Source: Deltaproteobacteria bacterium (lineage in GTDB: Bacteria > Myxococcota > Kuafuiibacteriia > Kuafuiibacteriales > Kuafuiibacteriaceae). Taken from it: 64,000 bases of DNA. Under the pieces are notes generated by a model. That model was not told where the DNA came from and searched no databases. It saw nothing but the letters and a program-made list of their open reading frames with translations. The position numbers and the translations under genes were made by a program. Numbering within the stretch: the stretch's first letter is position 1; every line of letters starts with the position of its first letter. The stretch spans positions 288,001 through 352,000 of the forward strand of contig JAVJQW010000057.1 of NCBI GenBank assembly GCA_040218735.1, given 5' to 3'. Below are positions 10,047 to 19,381 of the stretch, piece after piece.

Positions 10047-11009
10047 TCAGCGCGCGCCGCGGAACGCGGAGGGGGTCTTCGCGTGCCTCTTCTTGAAGCT
10101 ACGCGAGAAGTGGGCGGTGTCTGCAAAGCCGCACACGTAGCCGATCTCGGTGATGGACAGGTCGCTGTCCGACAGGAGCCGCGCCGCCTCTTCGTTGCGA
10201 ATGCGATCGAGCAGCTCGCTGTACTTCAGACCGGCGGCGCCGAGCGTGCGCTGAAGCGAACGCGACGACGTCCCGAGCGCCTCGGCGACCTCCGCGAGCT
10301 TCCACGTCCGCCCGAGGTCGCGTCGCACGACGGCCTCGACGCGCGCCGCGGGGCCTGGCTCGTCGTCGAGCGCGCGTTCCGGCGCCGACCCGAGGAGGAT
10401 CGCGTCGAGCCCCGCCATCGGTTTCCGCGTCGGCTCGAAGGCGCCCCACTCGAACCGCCACGTCGAAGTCGCCCCCGACGCAGGCTCCTCGAAGCGACCG
10501 GCATCGTAGACGAGCCGATCGGGGTCGTCGCTCGCAGGGAGACGGAGCCGCAGCGGGCGACAACCAATCTCTTCCAGCAACACGATGTGCTGACCGCAGG
10601 AGGCGAGGCTGTCGGTGGCTTCGGGCGCGCCGTGGTCCGAGACGTGGCGCAGCAGGAGGGCGTTCGGCGACTCCTCGTCGATCACCACGCGGTGGCGCGA
10701 GTGGAAGAAAGCCGCGAGCCGCGCTTCCTTCTCGATGAGGATCCGGGGGGCGTCGCTGTTGAGGAGAACGAACAGCAACGGATGCGCGAGCCCGCGCAGG
10801 GACTCTCCCGCGCGGAGGATCGCCGCGCCCCCCGCGCTCACGTGAACGTCACGGAGGATGCGACGGTAGGGCTCGAGCGGCGCGCCCTCCTCGCCGGCGG
10901 CGAGGACCTCGTTCACATCGACGGCGCGGGCGGCGAGGACGTCCGGGGCGCTCTTCTTCAGGCCTTCGAGGATCAACGAAGCGACGACGATGCTGATCCG
11001 CCCGGCCAC
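10047..11009 (-). CDS. AraC-family transcriptional regulator
   Basis: C-terminal LAEVAEALGTSSRSLQRTL...SITEIGYVCGFADTAHFSRSFKK double HTH. Probable GTG start at 11009. Confidence 0.9.
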   Translation of the reverse strand: MAGRISIVVASLILEGLKKSAPDVLAARAVDVNEVLAAGEEGAPLEPYRRILRDVHVSAGGAAILRAGESLRGLAHPLLFVLLNSDAPRILIEKEARLAAFFHSRHRVVIDEESPNALLLRHVSDHGAPEATDSLASCGQHIVLLEEIGCRPLRLRLPASDDPDRLVYDAGRFEEPASGATSTWRFEWGAFEPTRKPMAGLDAILLGSAPERALDDEPGPAARVEAVVRRDLGRTWKLAEVAEALGTSSRSLQRTLGAAGLKYSELLDRIRNEEAARLLSDSDLSITEIGYVCGFADTAHFSRSFKKRHAKTPSAFRGAR

Positions 11010-11032
11010 GTCGGCCGAATGCTCCCACGAAC

Positions 11033-11758
11033 TCAGCGGTGGCGCACGAGGCGGGCGACGAGCCCGGGCGCGAAACGCTCCAGCAGGTGGACCGTCTTCG
11101 CCTTGCCGACGCGAACGTCGGGACGCTCGCGCACGAGACCGTCGATACACGCCACCGCGACCTCGCGCGGATCGATCGCCCCCTGCTGTCGCCCCGCGGT
11201 CATCTGCGTCGCGACGAGCGGCGGGACGAGCTCCATCACCAGGACGCCGCGGGATTCGAGCTGCCACCTCAGCGACTTCGTCCACGAGGCGAGCCCGGCC
11301 TTGGTCGCACCGTAGACGGGCGCGCGTTGCGTCGGCGTCAGCGCCATGATCGACGTGACGTTGACGACCGCCGCCCGAGGCGCGGCGAGCAGCCGCGGGA
11401 GCAGCGCCGCCGTGACGCGCATCGGTGCGAGCAAGTTCACTTGCACCTCCAGCTCGACGTCCACCGAGCGGTCCTCGACGAGGTTCATGGACCGCTGGAC
11501 GCCGGCGCAGTTCACGAGGATGTCGAGGCCACCCAGGCGCGTGTCGACCGCCGCGGCGAGTGACTCGATCTCCGCCGGCTCGCTCAGGTCGCAGCACACG
11601 GCGCGGATGCCGTTCGTCGCCGCGAACCCGGCCACGCTCTCTTCACTGCTCCCGCAGACGATCACCGTCGCGCCTGCCTCGTTCAGCGCCACGGCGATCG
11701 CAGCGCCGATGCCCCGCGTCCCGCCGGTGACGAGCGCCCGTTTACCTTCGAGCTTCAT
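11033..11758 (-). CDS. SDR family oxidoreductase
   Basis: TGGTRGIG, NCAG, YGATK. Confidence 0.92.
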   Translation of the reverse strand: MKLEGKRALVTGGTRGIGAAIAVALNEAGATVIVCGSSEESVAGFAATNGIRAVCCDLSEPAEIESLAAAVDTRLGGLDILVNCAGVQRSMNLVEDRSVDVELEVQVNLLAPMRVTAALLPRLLAAPRAAVVNVTSIMALTPTQRAPVYGATKAGLASWTKSLRWQLESRGVLVMELVPPLVATQMTAGRQQGAIDPREVAVACIDGLVRERPDVRVGKAKTVHLLERFAPGLVARLVRHR

Positions 11759-12528
11759 CACGCCACCCCCACCGTCGCCGCGAGGAGCAGGAGCGTCGCG
11801 CCGCCCGCCACGAACGCGACAGCGCGTCGCCCCACGGGGACGAACGCGTCGTCCGGACGACGCGCCGCTTTCAGGAGCGTGGTGGCGAGGAGCGCCAACC
11901 AGGCGAGCCACGCGACGTGGAAGACGACGTTGAGTTGCCCGAGCCCCGCGAACACACCGCCGAACTGCTCGAGGGTGTAGACGACGAACGCGGCGCCCGT
12001 CGCGACGCCCGCGTAGCCGAGGCCGCGCGAGAAGCGCTCGTCCCGAACCAACGCGACGCCGACGGCGATCGTCCAGACGCCCTGGAACAGGAACGAGAGG
12101 TGCTCGCCCACCGAGACGCCGGCGAACTGGTGCATCGCCTCGAAGACGACGAGGGCCGCGTCCCGGCTCGCGTCGCTCGCCCCGGGGTCCGTCGCCGTCG
12201 CGGCGAGGGCCGGTACCAGCCAAACCCACCGGATGAAGCCGAAGGCCTGGGTCAGCCCCGCGAGCACCCCGGTGGTGTGCGCCGTGCGCGACGGGACCAC
12301 TCCGCTCACCGCGACGGCCATCGCGATGAAGGTCACGCCGGTCATCGTGAAGACCCAGTAGGTCGGGACGACCAGGTGTCGAGACGCGCGGAACACCGCG
12401 AGGATGTGCGCCGGAGGCTCGCGGAGGATGTCGGGGAACTCGAACACCGCCGCGAGCACGAAGAACGCGACGACGAGGAGGATGGCGTGGGTCAGGACGA
12501 CGAGGGCCGCCGTGGTGTGTCTGTTCAT
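11758..12528 (-). CDS. multi-pass membrane protein (DUF4386-like)
   Basis: FEFPDILREP, GFIRW, GVSVGEHL, about 6-7 TM. Stop overlaps the SDR start. Confidence 0.75.
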   Translation of the reverse strand: MNRHTTAALVVLTHAILLVVAFFVLAAVFEFPDILREPPAHILAVFRASRHLVVPTYWVFTMTGVTFIAMAVAVSGVVPSRTAHTTGVLAGLTQAFGFIRWVWLVPALAATATDPGASDASRDAALVVFEAMHQFAGVSVGEHLSFLFQGVWTIAVGVALVRDERFSRGLGYAGVATGAAFVVYTLEQFGGVFAGLGQLNVVFHVAWLAWLALLATTLLKAARRPDDAFVPVGRRAVAFVAGGATLLLLAATVGVA

Positions 12529-12569
12529 GGGTCCACGGTGCCGGGTTCTGCCTGGCGGAGATTGAAGCG

Positions 12570-12599
12570 GCGCGCCGACGGCGTTGGAAGATCGCGCCA
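12570..12599 (-). promoter_or_regulatory. candidate AraC operator, copy 2
   Basis: GCGCGCCGACGGCGTTGGAAGATCGCGCCA, see 10016-10045. Confidence 0.7.
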
Positions 12600-12724
12600 T
12601 CCCCTCGAGTCTCGATCGATCCTTGGGTGCCCCCCGGCCTCTTCGGCTCCGAGGGCATGGTCTTTGGGTCGACGACCGCGACTTTTCGCCGACGGCGTCG
12701 CGATGGCCCGGGCAGGCTGCTCCC

Positions 12725-13939
12725 ATGAACCGCACTTCTGCCCTCCTCGCCCCCCTCCTCCTCGCTTGCTCCGGCGCCGGAACCGAACCGCTCGACGGCG
12801 TGCGGGACGCCGGCACGCCCCAGGCCGCGCACGACGGCGGCGCCCGCGACGCTGGCCCCGCGCCGCGCGACGCCGGACCCCGTGACGCCGGCCCACCGCC
12901 CTTTTTGTGTGTGAGCGACTACCCCGTCGCGAGCTGTGACGCCCAGGACGCCCTGGTGCGGATGATCGAGACCATCAACACGCTCCCGTACTTGTGGACG
13001 GGGGACTTCCGCATGGAGGAGACCGGCGTGTACGTCGGCATCTACCTCGACGGTGAGGCGCCCGTCGGGTTCCTTGTGGACCCCGAGGCCCTCCCGCCGG
13101 AAGCGACCGCTGTCCCGGTGGCGCTGGCCCGTGGCCGCGCCGTGTATCACTACGATGACCCCGACGGGTACTTGGACGACCTGACGGGGCGCGCGTACAT
13201 CCACCGTATCGGCGGCGAGGACGTCCTCATGATGCGCCTCACCTCCGAGGACCTGTCGGCGATGCGACGCGGCCGCTACGGCCTACCCGGGAGAATGGTC
13301 CGCGAGGGCTTCGACATCCACCAGCGAGCCACGTTCGAGCCGCTCGTCGGCGCCGACCGCTTCCTCCCGTGGACCGCATTCCCGATGACGGCGGAGATCC
13401 TCGCGCACGAGCTCCTGCTCCTGGACGCACTCACCGACCTCGACGACGCGCAGACGGCGCCACTGAGGCGTGAGCTCCTCGAGAGCTACGTCGCCGTCAT
13501 CGACACCATCGCCCAGCTCGACACGACCGCGGAGGGCGACGCGCTCTACATCATTCAGGAGACGGAGCACTGGAGCGGCTCGGATGCCTATATCGGCTAT
13601 CTGGCGCAGGAGCGCCTCGCACGTGAATCGTTCTACGAGGCGTTCGGGGGCCTGCAGTACACGATCGACGGAGAGCTCTCGGCGGTCGGGGTGTCGGGTC
13701 TGGAAGAGCTCCTGAAGCGCCACGTGTGGATTCTCTCCGGCGCAGCGGCCCTGTATCTGACGACGGAGCTCGGCGGGAACACCTATGAGAGGCTGCGCAC
13801 CGGAGCGTCGCCGTACACGATGGCTGCAGAACTTACGGACCTCGACGACGAAACGCGGCAGCAGCGGCTGGATGCGCTGAAGGTCCGCTACAACTACGGG
13901 GAGAAGCTCCGAATCGCGACCGACGCGATGGCCCGCTGA
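12725..13939 (+). CDS. lipoprotein with RDAG linker, possible degenerate zincin fold
   Basis: LLLA-C lipobox and RDAG repeats. REGFDIHQ sits where HExFH would be expected. Confidence 0.7.
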   Translation: MNRTSALLAPLLLACSGAGTEPLDGVRDAGTPQAAHDGGARDAGPAPRDAGPRDAGPPPFLCVSDYPVASCDAQDALVRMIETINTLPYLWTGDFRMEETGVYVGIYLDGEAPVGFLVDPEALPPEATAVPVALARGRAVYHYDDPDGYLDDLTGRAYIHRIGGEDVLMMRLTSEDLSAMRRGRYGLPGRMVREGFDIHQRATFEPLVGADRFLPWTAFPMTAEILAHELLLLDALTDLDDAQTAPLRRELLESYVAVIDTIAQLDTTAEGDALYIIQETEHWSGSDAYIGYLAQERLARESFYEAFGGLQYTIDGELSAVGVSGLEELLKRHVWILSGAAALYLTTELGGNTYERLRTGASPYTMAAELTDLDDETRQQRLDALKVRYNYGEKLRIATDAMAR

Positions 13940-13978
13940 CCCTCGCCCATTGCGCGTCGACTGCTGTACAGTGAGCCC

Positions 13979-14218
13979 ATGAAGCGTTGGCTCCCCGTGG
14001 TCGTCATGGCCTCGTCGTTTGCGTTTGCAGGCTGCGCGACGATGGCCGCTCAAGACGACAAGCCCAAGATCTGCCGTACGGTGAAGCGCACCGGATCGCG
14101 CATCGCGCGCCGAGAGTGCACGGACGACACTCGCGGCACCGCGGCGCGATCGATGGACTCCGAGACCTACCGTCAATCGAACCGCGGCGCCAAGCCGGGC
14201 GCGGTGCCCTCGGGCTGA
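13979..14218 (+). CDS. small lipoprotein with C-x5-TGSRI-x4-C motif
   Basis: FAG-C lipobox, and TACAGT 6 nt before the ATG. Confidence 0.7.
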   Translation: MKRWLPVVVMASSFAFAGCATMAAQDDKPKICRTVKRTGSRIARRECTDDTRGTAARSMDSETYRQSNRGAKPGAVPSG

Positions 14219-14234
14219 GTTTCGGCAGCTTCGG

Positions 14235-15659
14235 TCACGGACACGCGCGGCCGTTCACCACTTCGAACGCGATGAGATAGCCGCGCGTGCAATTGGCGGT
14301 GCTACAGCCGCCCACGACATAGCCGCAGTCCGTGCCCGGGCGCCACGCGGCCTCGAGCAACACCACCCCGTTCGTCCCTCCGTAGGGCGACGCATCGAAG
14401 TTCGCGATCGAGATGTCCGTGATGCCGCTCGTCGAGTAGGCGCCGTCGCGGTACTCGCGCATCTGCGCGACGCTCCCGATCATCTCACCGGTGATCAACG
14501 CGCGTCGACCGTCGTCCGCGAACGTGATGTCCCACAGATCGAGTGAGCCGAGATCGGGCGCCGCGGCACCGACCGTGAACGCGCCCTGGTCGTAGCGCGC
14601 GAGCTTGCCGATCGACCAATTCACGAACAGCGCGTAGTCACGCTGCGGGCGGCTCGCGACGTGGGACGTGTTGCCGACGGCCGGGCCCGCGTAGAAGCTC
14701 ACGCCGTCGAACTCACCGACCGCGCCGCCCGTCATGCCGCACGCGTAGACCGCGCCCATGTTGCCGAAGGCGTCGACGACCGGGGCGGCGTCCTGACACC
14801 CCGCGGTTACGGCGGCCTGGCCCTCGAGCGCGGGGGCGTTGGCGTTCGGATCCATCGAATAGATTCGTACGAAGCCGTTGGTGCGACCGACGATCATGAC
14901 GCGACCGGCGACGGTCGGGTGGCCGTCGATGCTCTCGTACGCAACGTTCGGGAACGCGGGGCCGACGGCCGACGGCGACTCACCGAGCGCCCCGAGGCGG
15001 AAGACTCGGCCCGAGATCGCGCTGCCTTCGTACGCTGTCGCGATGACGAGGATCTGCGCGCCGCCCGAGACGTAGCGAATGCCCGTGATGCCGAGGAGCT
15101 CCGAGCCCGACTTCGGGAGGTGCACGGTGCGGACGTGGGTCTCCCCGGGGAGCGCGATGACGTGGAGGCGGTCGTAGCGCTCGGAGACGATCATCGACGC
15201 CCCGTCCGGCGCGATGGCGACGTGGGTGAGCTCCTGATTCGGCGCGATCGGGGAGACGATCTTCCGCGTGAACACGTAGGTCCCCGGGAGCGCGACGCCC
15301 GGGTTGCCGGCGTCGACCGGCGTGCCGCCGTCGCGCGGCGTGGGGCCGGCGTCGCGCGGTGGCGCCCCTGCGTCGCGTGGTGCGGGCCCTGCGTCGCGCG
15401 GTTCGCCGGCGTCGACGAAGCCGGCGTCGTGGGTCACCGCGGCGTCGCGTCCGTTCGAAGCCCCGCCGTCGCGGAGGCCGCCGTCACTGTCGAGCAGCAC
15501 GTAGGTCCCGCCGTCGGGGCGGAGGCTCCCGGCGTCGAGCGGCGTGCTCGGATCCTCGACCCAGCACTCGCCGACGCACGGTCCGCCCGGGAGCGCAGGT
15601 TCGTCCTGGCAGGCCGCGACGGACATCACGGCGAGCAGCGCAACACGTCGCGTGATCAT
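14235..15659 (-). CDS. lipoprotein with RDAG/RDGG linker and beta-propeller-like domain
   Basis: VAA-C lipobox, DAG/DGG repeats, then blades such as HVAIAPDG, DITFADDG, EAAWRPG. Confidence 0.75.
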   Translation of the reverse strand: MITRRVALLAVMSVAACQDEPALPGGPCVGECWVEDPSTPLDAGSLRPDGGTYVLLDSDGGLRDGGASNGRDAAVTHDAGFVDAGEPRDAGPAPRDAGAPPRDAGPTPRDGGTPVDAGNPGVALPGTYVFTRKIVSPIAPNQELTHVAIAPDGASMIVSERYDRLHVIALPGETHVRTVHLPKSGSELLGITGIRYVSGGAQILVIATAYEGSAISGRVFRLGALGESPSAVGPAFPNVAYESIDGHPTVAGRVMIVGRTNGFVRIYSMDPNANAPALEGQAAVTAGCQDAAPVVDAFGNMGAVYACGMTGGAVGEFDGVSFYAGPAVGNTSHVASRPQRDYALFVNWSIGKLARYDQGAFTVGAAAPDLGSLDLWDITFADDGRRALITGEMIGSVAQMREYRDGAYSTSGITDISIANFDASPYGGTNGVVLLEAAWRPGTDCGYVVGGCSTANCTRGYLIAFEVVNGRACP

Positions 15660-15713
15660 CTTCACCAGTGTCAGGGCATCGACAGGAGGCCGCACGAACG
15701 AACTGCCGAGCGT

Positions 15714-15776
15714 TTCGATTCGATCCACGTCACACGGATCGACCGCTTCGATTCGAACCACGTGATGCGGGTCAAC
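15714..15776. repeat. imperfect 30-bp direct repeat (33-bp period) in divergent intergenic region
   Basis: TTCGATTCGATCCACGTCACACGGATCGAC / TTCGATTCGAACCACGTGATGCGGGTCAAC (24/30). Confidence 0.65.
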
Positions 15777-15857
15777 GAACGCGGCGAAAGTAGACCTTTT
15801 TCGCGGCTCGTACGTCCAAAGGGGTAGGCGCCGTAGGAAGCGCCGGGAGGAAACGCT

Positions 15858-16319
15858 GTGACGAAACTACGACTTGCTCTGACCTCGATGCTGACTGCGG
15901 CGGCGCTGGTGACGAGCTCCGTTGCGATGGCGAGCGACAACCGCGCCATTCACAAGTCGCGCGTGACCCACTCGATGGACGCCGCGAGCGAAGCGATGAA
16001 GCGGCTCGACTACCACGCGAACATGCAGTGCGAGACGCGCTGCGCGCGGTACGAGATGGACCTGGTCATCGCCAAGCGCGCGATGATGAACCTCGAGAAT
16101 TACGCGAACCTCGCGCTCGGTGGGAAGTCGGTCGGTGAGCTCGACCTCGCGCGCATCGACCACGCGCTCAAGGCGGCCAACGAGGCCATCTCGCGCCTCG
16201 ACTACTACGCCGACCGCGTGAACGACCGTTACCGCGCGCGCGTCTCGACGGACGTCTCGATCCTCGACCGCGCGATGTCCATCCTCGGTAACTACGCGCG
16301 CCTCGCGCCGACCGCCTGA
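15858..16319 (+). CDS. secreted all-helical protein with internal duplication
   Basis: Signal peptide (AMA-S), SD GGGAGG, two copies of AA.EA..RLDY.A...RAM..L.NYA.LA. Confidence 0.8.
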   Translation: MTKLRLALTSMLTAAALVTSSVAMASDNRAIHKSRVTHSMDAASEAMKRLDYHANMQCETRCARYEMDLVIAKRAMMNLENYANLALGGKSVGELDLARIDHALKAANEAISRLDYYADRVNDRYRARVSTDVSILDRAMSILGNYARLAPTA

Positions 16320-16335
16320 GAGTCCCGCCGAAGCC

Positions 16336-16366
16336 ACGGCGCTCCCCCGTCCGGGGTGAGCGCCGT
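16336..16366. terminator. hairpin between convergent genes
   Basis: ACGGCGCTC...GAGCGCCGT stem. Confidence 0.5.
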
Positions 16367-16368
16367 CT

Positions 16369-17460
16369 TCATTCCGTCAGCACCCGCGAAGCCAATCGAT
16401 ACAACCGATCTCGATCCTCCGTGTCGCCGAACCGGCCGCGAATGAACGCGTCCGAGTTGGCGACGAGCGCGACCCCGACCGCGCGCTCCGGATCCATGAA
16501 GAGCATCGCGCTCGCGCCCGAGGCCGAGCCCGTGTGGCCGAGGTAACGAACGCCTTCGATCTTGTCGTAGTACCAGCCGATGCACTGGTCCGGATCCACG
16601 TCGGGGGCCTGCACCGTCAGCAGGCGTGACGTCGCGTCGGCCGCGAGCACGCCCTCGCCTCCGTTCATGATCGCCGCGAGGTAGCGAGCGAGGTCGTCGA
16701 TGCTCGTTCGCCACGAGCTCGCGGGGTAGAAGTCGAAACCTTCGTGGGGCTGCGGAAAGAGGCCGTCATCGACATTGCCTCCGTACGGCACCGCGACGCG
16801 GTCCACGTCGAGGTCGGCGAGGCGCCACGCCGAGTCGTTCATCGCGAGCGGTCCGAAGATCCGCGTCGCGCTGAGCTGGGGGAGCGGTGTGTTCGTCGCG
16901 CCCTCGAGGACGGCGCCAAGGACTCCGAACCCGGCGTTGGTGTAGCTGTGTCGCTCGCCGGGCGCGCCGTCGAAGTGCTCCGGGTCGGCGAGGTAACTCG
17001 ACGCGAACTCCGCGAGCGACGTCGTCGGGTCACCTTCGCCGGTCGCCGCGCCGAGCGTGATGAAGTCGTCGACGAGCCCCGAGCTGTGCGTGAGCAACAT
17101 GCGGGCGGTGATCGCGTTCGGCTGGGCGATGACCTCGTAGCCGAGCGCGTCGTCGATCGGGGCGTCGAGGTCGATGACACCGTCCTCGGCGAGCTGCATC
17201 GCGAGGAGCGCGGTGACCGTCTTCGACAGGGAGGCGACGTGAAAGGGCGTGCCCGTTTCGGCCGGGCGCCGCGCTGCGTAGTCGGCGAACCCGTACGTAC
17301 CCGTCCACACGACGCGACCGCCCTCGACGCGCGCCGCGACCAGCCCCGGGAAGCCGCCAGCGCGTCCTTCGGCGCGGAGCGCTTCGTCCAGCGACGCGAA
17401 GCGATCGACCTCGGCGCCCCCGCACCCGACGAGCAACAGGCTCAGGACCGCGCCGCGCAT
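16369..17460 (-). CDS. serine hydrolase, beta-lactamase class C-like family, lipoprotein
   Basis: SLSK (SxxK), LLTHSSGL, YTN, GHTG, and LVG-C lipobox. Confidence 0.9.
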   Translation of the reverse strand: MRGAVLSLLLVGCGGAEVDRFASLDEALRAEGRAGGFPGLVAARVEGGRVVWTGTYGFADYAARRPAETGTPFHVASLSKTVTALLAMQLAEDGVIDLDAPIDDALGYEVIAQPNAITARMLLTHSSGLVDDFITLGAATGEGDPTTSLAEFASSYLADPEHFDGAPGERHSYTNAGFGVLGAVLEGATNTPLPQLSATRIFGPLAMNDSAWRLADLDVDRVAVPYGGNVDDGLFPQPHEGFDFYPASSWRTSIDDLARYLAAIMNGGEGVLAADATSRLLTVQAPDVDPDQCIGWYYDKIEGVRYLGHTGSASGASAMLFMDPERAVGVALVANSDAFIRGRFGDTEDRDRLYRLASRVLTE

Positions 17461-17500
17461 GACGTCGAGGATCGACGAGAGTGGGACGCGGCGCCATCCG

Positions 17501-19381
17501 TCAGAGCTGGTCGAGCCCGCGGCGCGCGGCCTTCTTCACACGCGCGTCGCCGGTGGCCGCGGCGCGCTCGAAGAGCGCCTTCGCCTCGACTTCGTCGCCG
17601 TCCGCGAGGCGCCTCCACGCGAGCATCAGCGTGACCTCGGCGGCGCGGCGGCCCTCGGGGTGCGCGGCCAAGTAGGCGCGGAGCGCGGGCGTCGCGTCGG
17701 CCGCATCGGCCTTCGCGAGCGCCGCCGCGCGCCAGTACCGCGCGTCCTCGGCGAGCGCCCCACCCGGCTGGTGCTCGAGCACCTCCGCGAAGCGCTCGGC
17801 GGCCGTGCTCGGATCACCCGCGCGCAGGAGACGCCACCCGGAGGCAAACGCGCGCTCGGCCGGCGTGGGGAGCGGCGGCGTGGTCGTCCCGGCGTCGGGC
17901 GCCGAGGCGCCGTCGCCGGACGCTGGAGGGGCGGCCCCGGGCCCAGCATGCTCGCGCGGCGAGTCCGCCGCCGAGGCCGAGGCGCCGGGCGAAGCGGCGC
18001 CCGCGGCGGTGCGCGACGAGGCGGACACACCGGTACCGCGGCCCGACGATGCGGACCCGTCGGGCGACACGCCGCCCGCCCGCGACGAGGCCGACCCGAC
18101 GCCAACGCGCGACGTGCCCGCGGCGCCCGCGCGCGAAGATGCCGAGGCGACGCCGACGCGAGACGGTTCCGATGCACCAGCCCGTTCAGCGCCAGTGGGC
18201 GACGATGCCGACGCACCATCCCGCCGCGACGATGCCGACGCGCCATCACTACCCGCGCCCGCAGACGCGCCCGCGCCCGCGCCGCGACGCGACGATAACG
18301 ACGCACCATCCCGCCGCGACGCTACCGACGCGCCATCGCTACCCGCGCCCGCAGACGCGCCCGCGCCTGCGCCGCGACGCGACGATGACGACGCACCATC
18401 CCGGCGCGACGATGCCGACGCGCCATCGGTACGCGCGCCCGCAATCCCGCCCGCGCCTGCGCCGGTGCGCGATGATGCCGACGTACCATCCCTGCGCGGC
18501 GATGCCGACGCGCTGTCGCGATGTGCGCCCGCGCCGGTTCGCGCGGACGCCGATGCGCCCTCCATCCCGCCTTCGCGCGCCGGTGTTCCCGCGTGCGTCG
18601 CGAGCGCGCCAGCGCCTCGGGGCGCGGTCTGCACCGTGGGCTGGGAGGCACCGTCGGCCGTCGTTCCTCCGGCCCCAGCCTCCGCGTCGGCCTGACCGAC
18701 CTTCGCGGCTCGAGCGCTCGGAGCGCCTTCCCTGGGCGGGCGCGCCGGGCGCGTCCACCGCTCGCCGAGGCGAACGATGTGCGTGGCGCCGTCCGGCGTG
18801 CGCACCGCGACCTGGCCGGAGCGGACGAAGACCTCGCTCAACCGATCGTCCACGACCACCACCTCGAAGTCCGAGCTCTGTACCTCGATGGTCCCGTCCG
18901 CCGTGAGCACCTCGAGCGGCGCGGCCTCGTCCGCCGCTTCGATCGAGACACGGCCCTCACGGACGCGCACGACCTCGCGCGGGGCGTCGCGCTCGACGCG
19001 CGTGAAGTGCTCGAACTGCGCGCCGGCCGGCGCCTGGACTACGGCGGTCCGCGGGGCGTCGTCCGGGCGCGCCGTGAAGAAGAGCGTCACGCCCGCGGCC
19101 ACGGCGGCCGCGGCGAGCGGTGCGGCGTAACGTCGCCAGGTCGGCGCCATCGGCGCAGGCGCGAGCGCCGCCGAGAGGAGCCGGTCCTCCAGGTGGATCG
19201 CCTCGGCGGCCGTCGGGCTCCGCGTCGGGATCTGCTGCGCCGCCTCGCGGAGCGCCTCGAGATCCGCCCACACCCCCGCGCACGCATCGCACGTCGCCAG
19301 GTGCGACGCGATCATCTCGCGGTTCTTCGCGGAGAAGAGCTGCGACAGCTCCTCGAACGTCGGGCACGACCGGCGGGTCAT
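17501..19381 (-). CDS. anti-sigma factor: zinc-finger-like N-terminus, TM, FecR-like domain, low-complexity linker, C-terminal TPR
   Basis: HLATCDAC (HxxxCxxC), TM helix, FEVVV...EVFVRSGQVAV, LAEDARYWRA TPR. Start overlaps the sigma factor stop. Confidence 0.8.
   Translation of the reverse strand: MTRRSCPTFEELSQLFSAKNREMIASHLATCDACAGVWADLEALREAAQQIPTRSPTAAEAIHLEDRLLSAALAPAPMAPTWRRYAAPLAAAAVAAGVTLFFTARPDDAPRTAVVQAPAGAQFEHFTRVERDAPREVVRVREGRVSIEAADEAAPLEVLTADGTIEVQSSDFEVVVVDDRLSEVFVRSGQVAVRTPDGATHIVRLGERWTRPARPPREGAPSARAAKVGQADAEAGAGGTTADGASQPTVQTAPRGAGALATHAGTPAREGGMEGASASARTGAGAHRDSASASPRRDGTSASSRTGAGAGGIAGARTDGASASSRRDGASSSSRRGAGAGASAGAGSDGASVASRRDGASLSSRRGAGAGASAGAGSDGASASSRRDGASASSPTGAERAGASEPSRVGVASASSRAGAAGTSRVGVGSASSRAGGVSPDGSASSGRGTGVSASSRTAAGAASPGASASAADSPREHAGPGAAPPASGDGASAPDAGTTTPPLPTPAERAFASGWRLLRAGDPSTAAERFAEVLEHQPGGALAEDARYWRAAALAKADAADATPALRAYLAAHPEGRRAAEVTLMLAWRRLADGDEVEAKALFERAAATGDARVKKAARRGLDQL
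18201..18500. repeat. 90-bp tandem repeat (about 3.3 copies) in anti-sigma linker
   Basis: Units start at 18201, 18291, 18381 and 18471, encoding roughly SSRRGAGAGASAGAGSDGASASSRRDGASA. Confidence 0.9.

Noticed and set aside
16369-17460. Serine hydrolase as a true beta-lactamase resistance gene
   Set aside because: SxxK/YxN/HTG motifs are shared by many esterases and peptidases of this family, and nothing specifically supports beta-lactam hydrolysis.
18201-18500. 90-bp repeats as a CRISPR array
   Set aside because: There are no unique spacers or cas genes, and the unit is a multiple of 3 lying in frame within a CDS.
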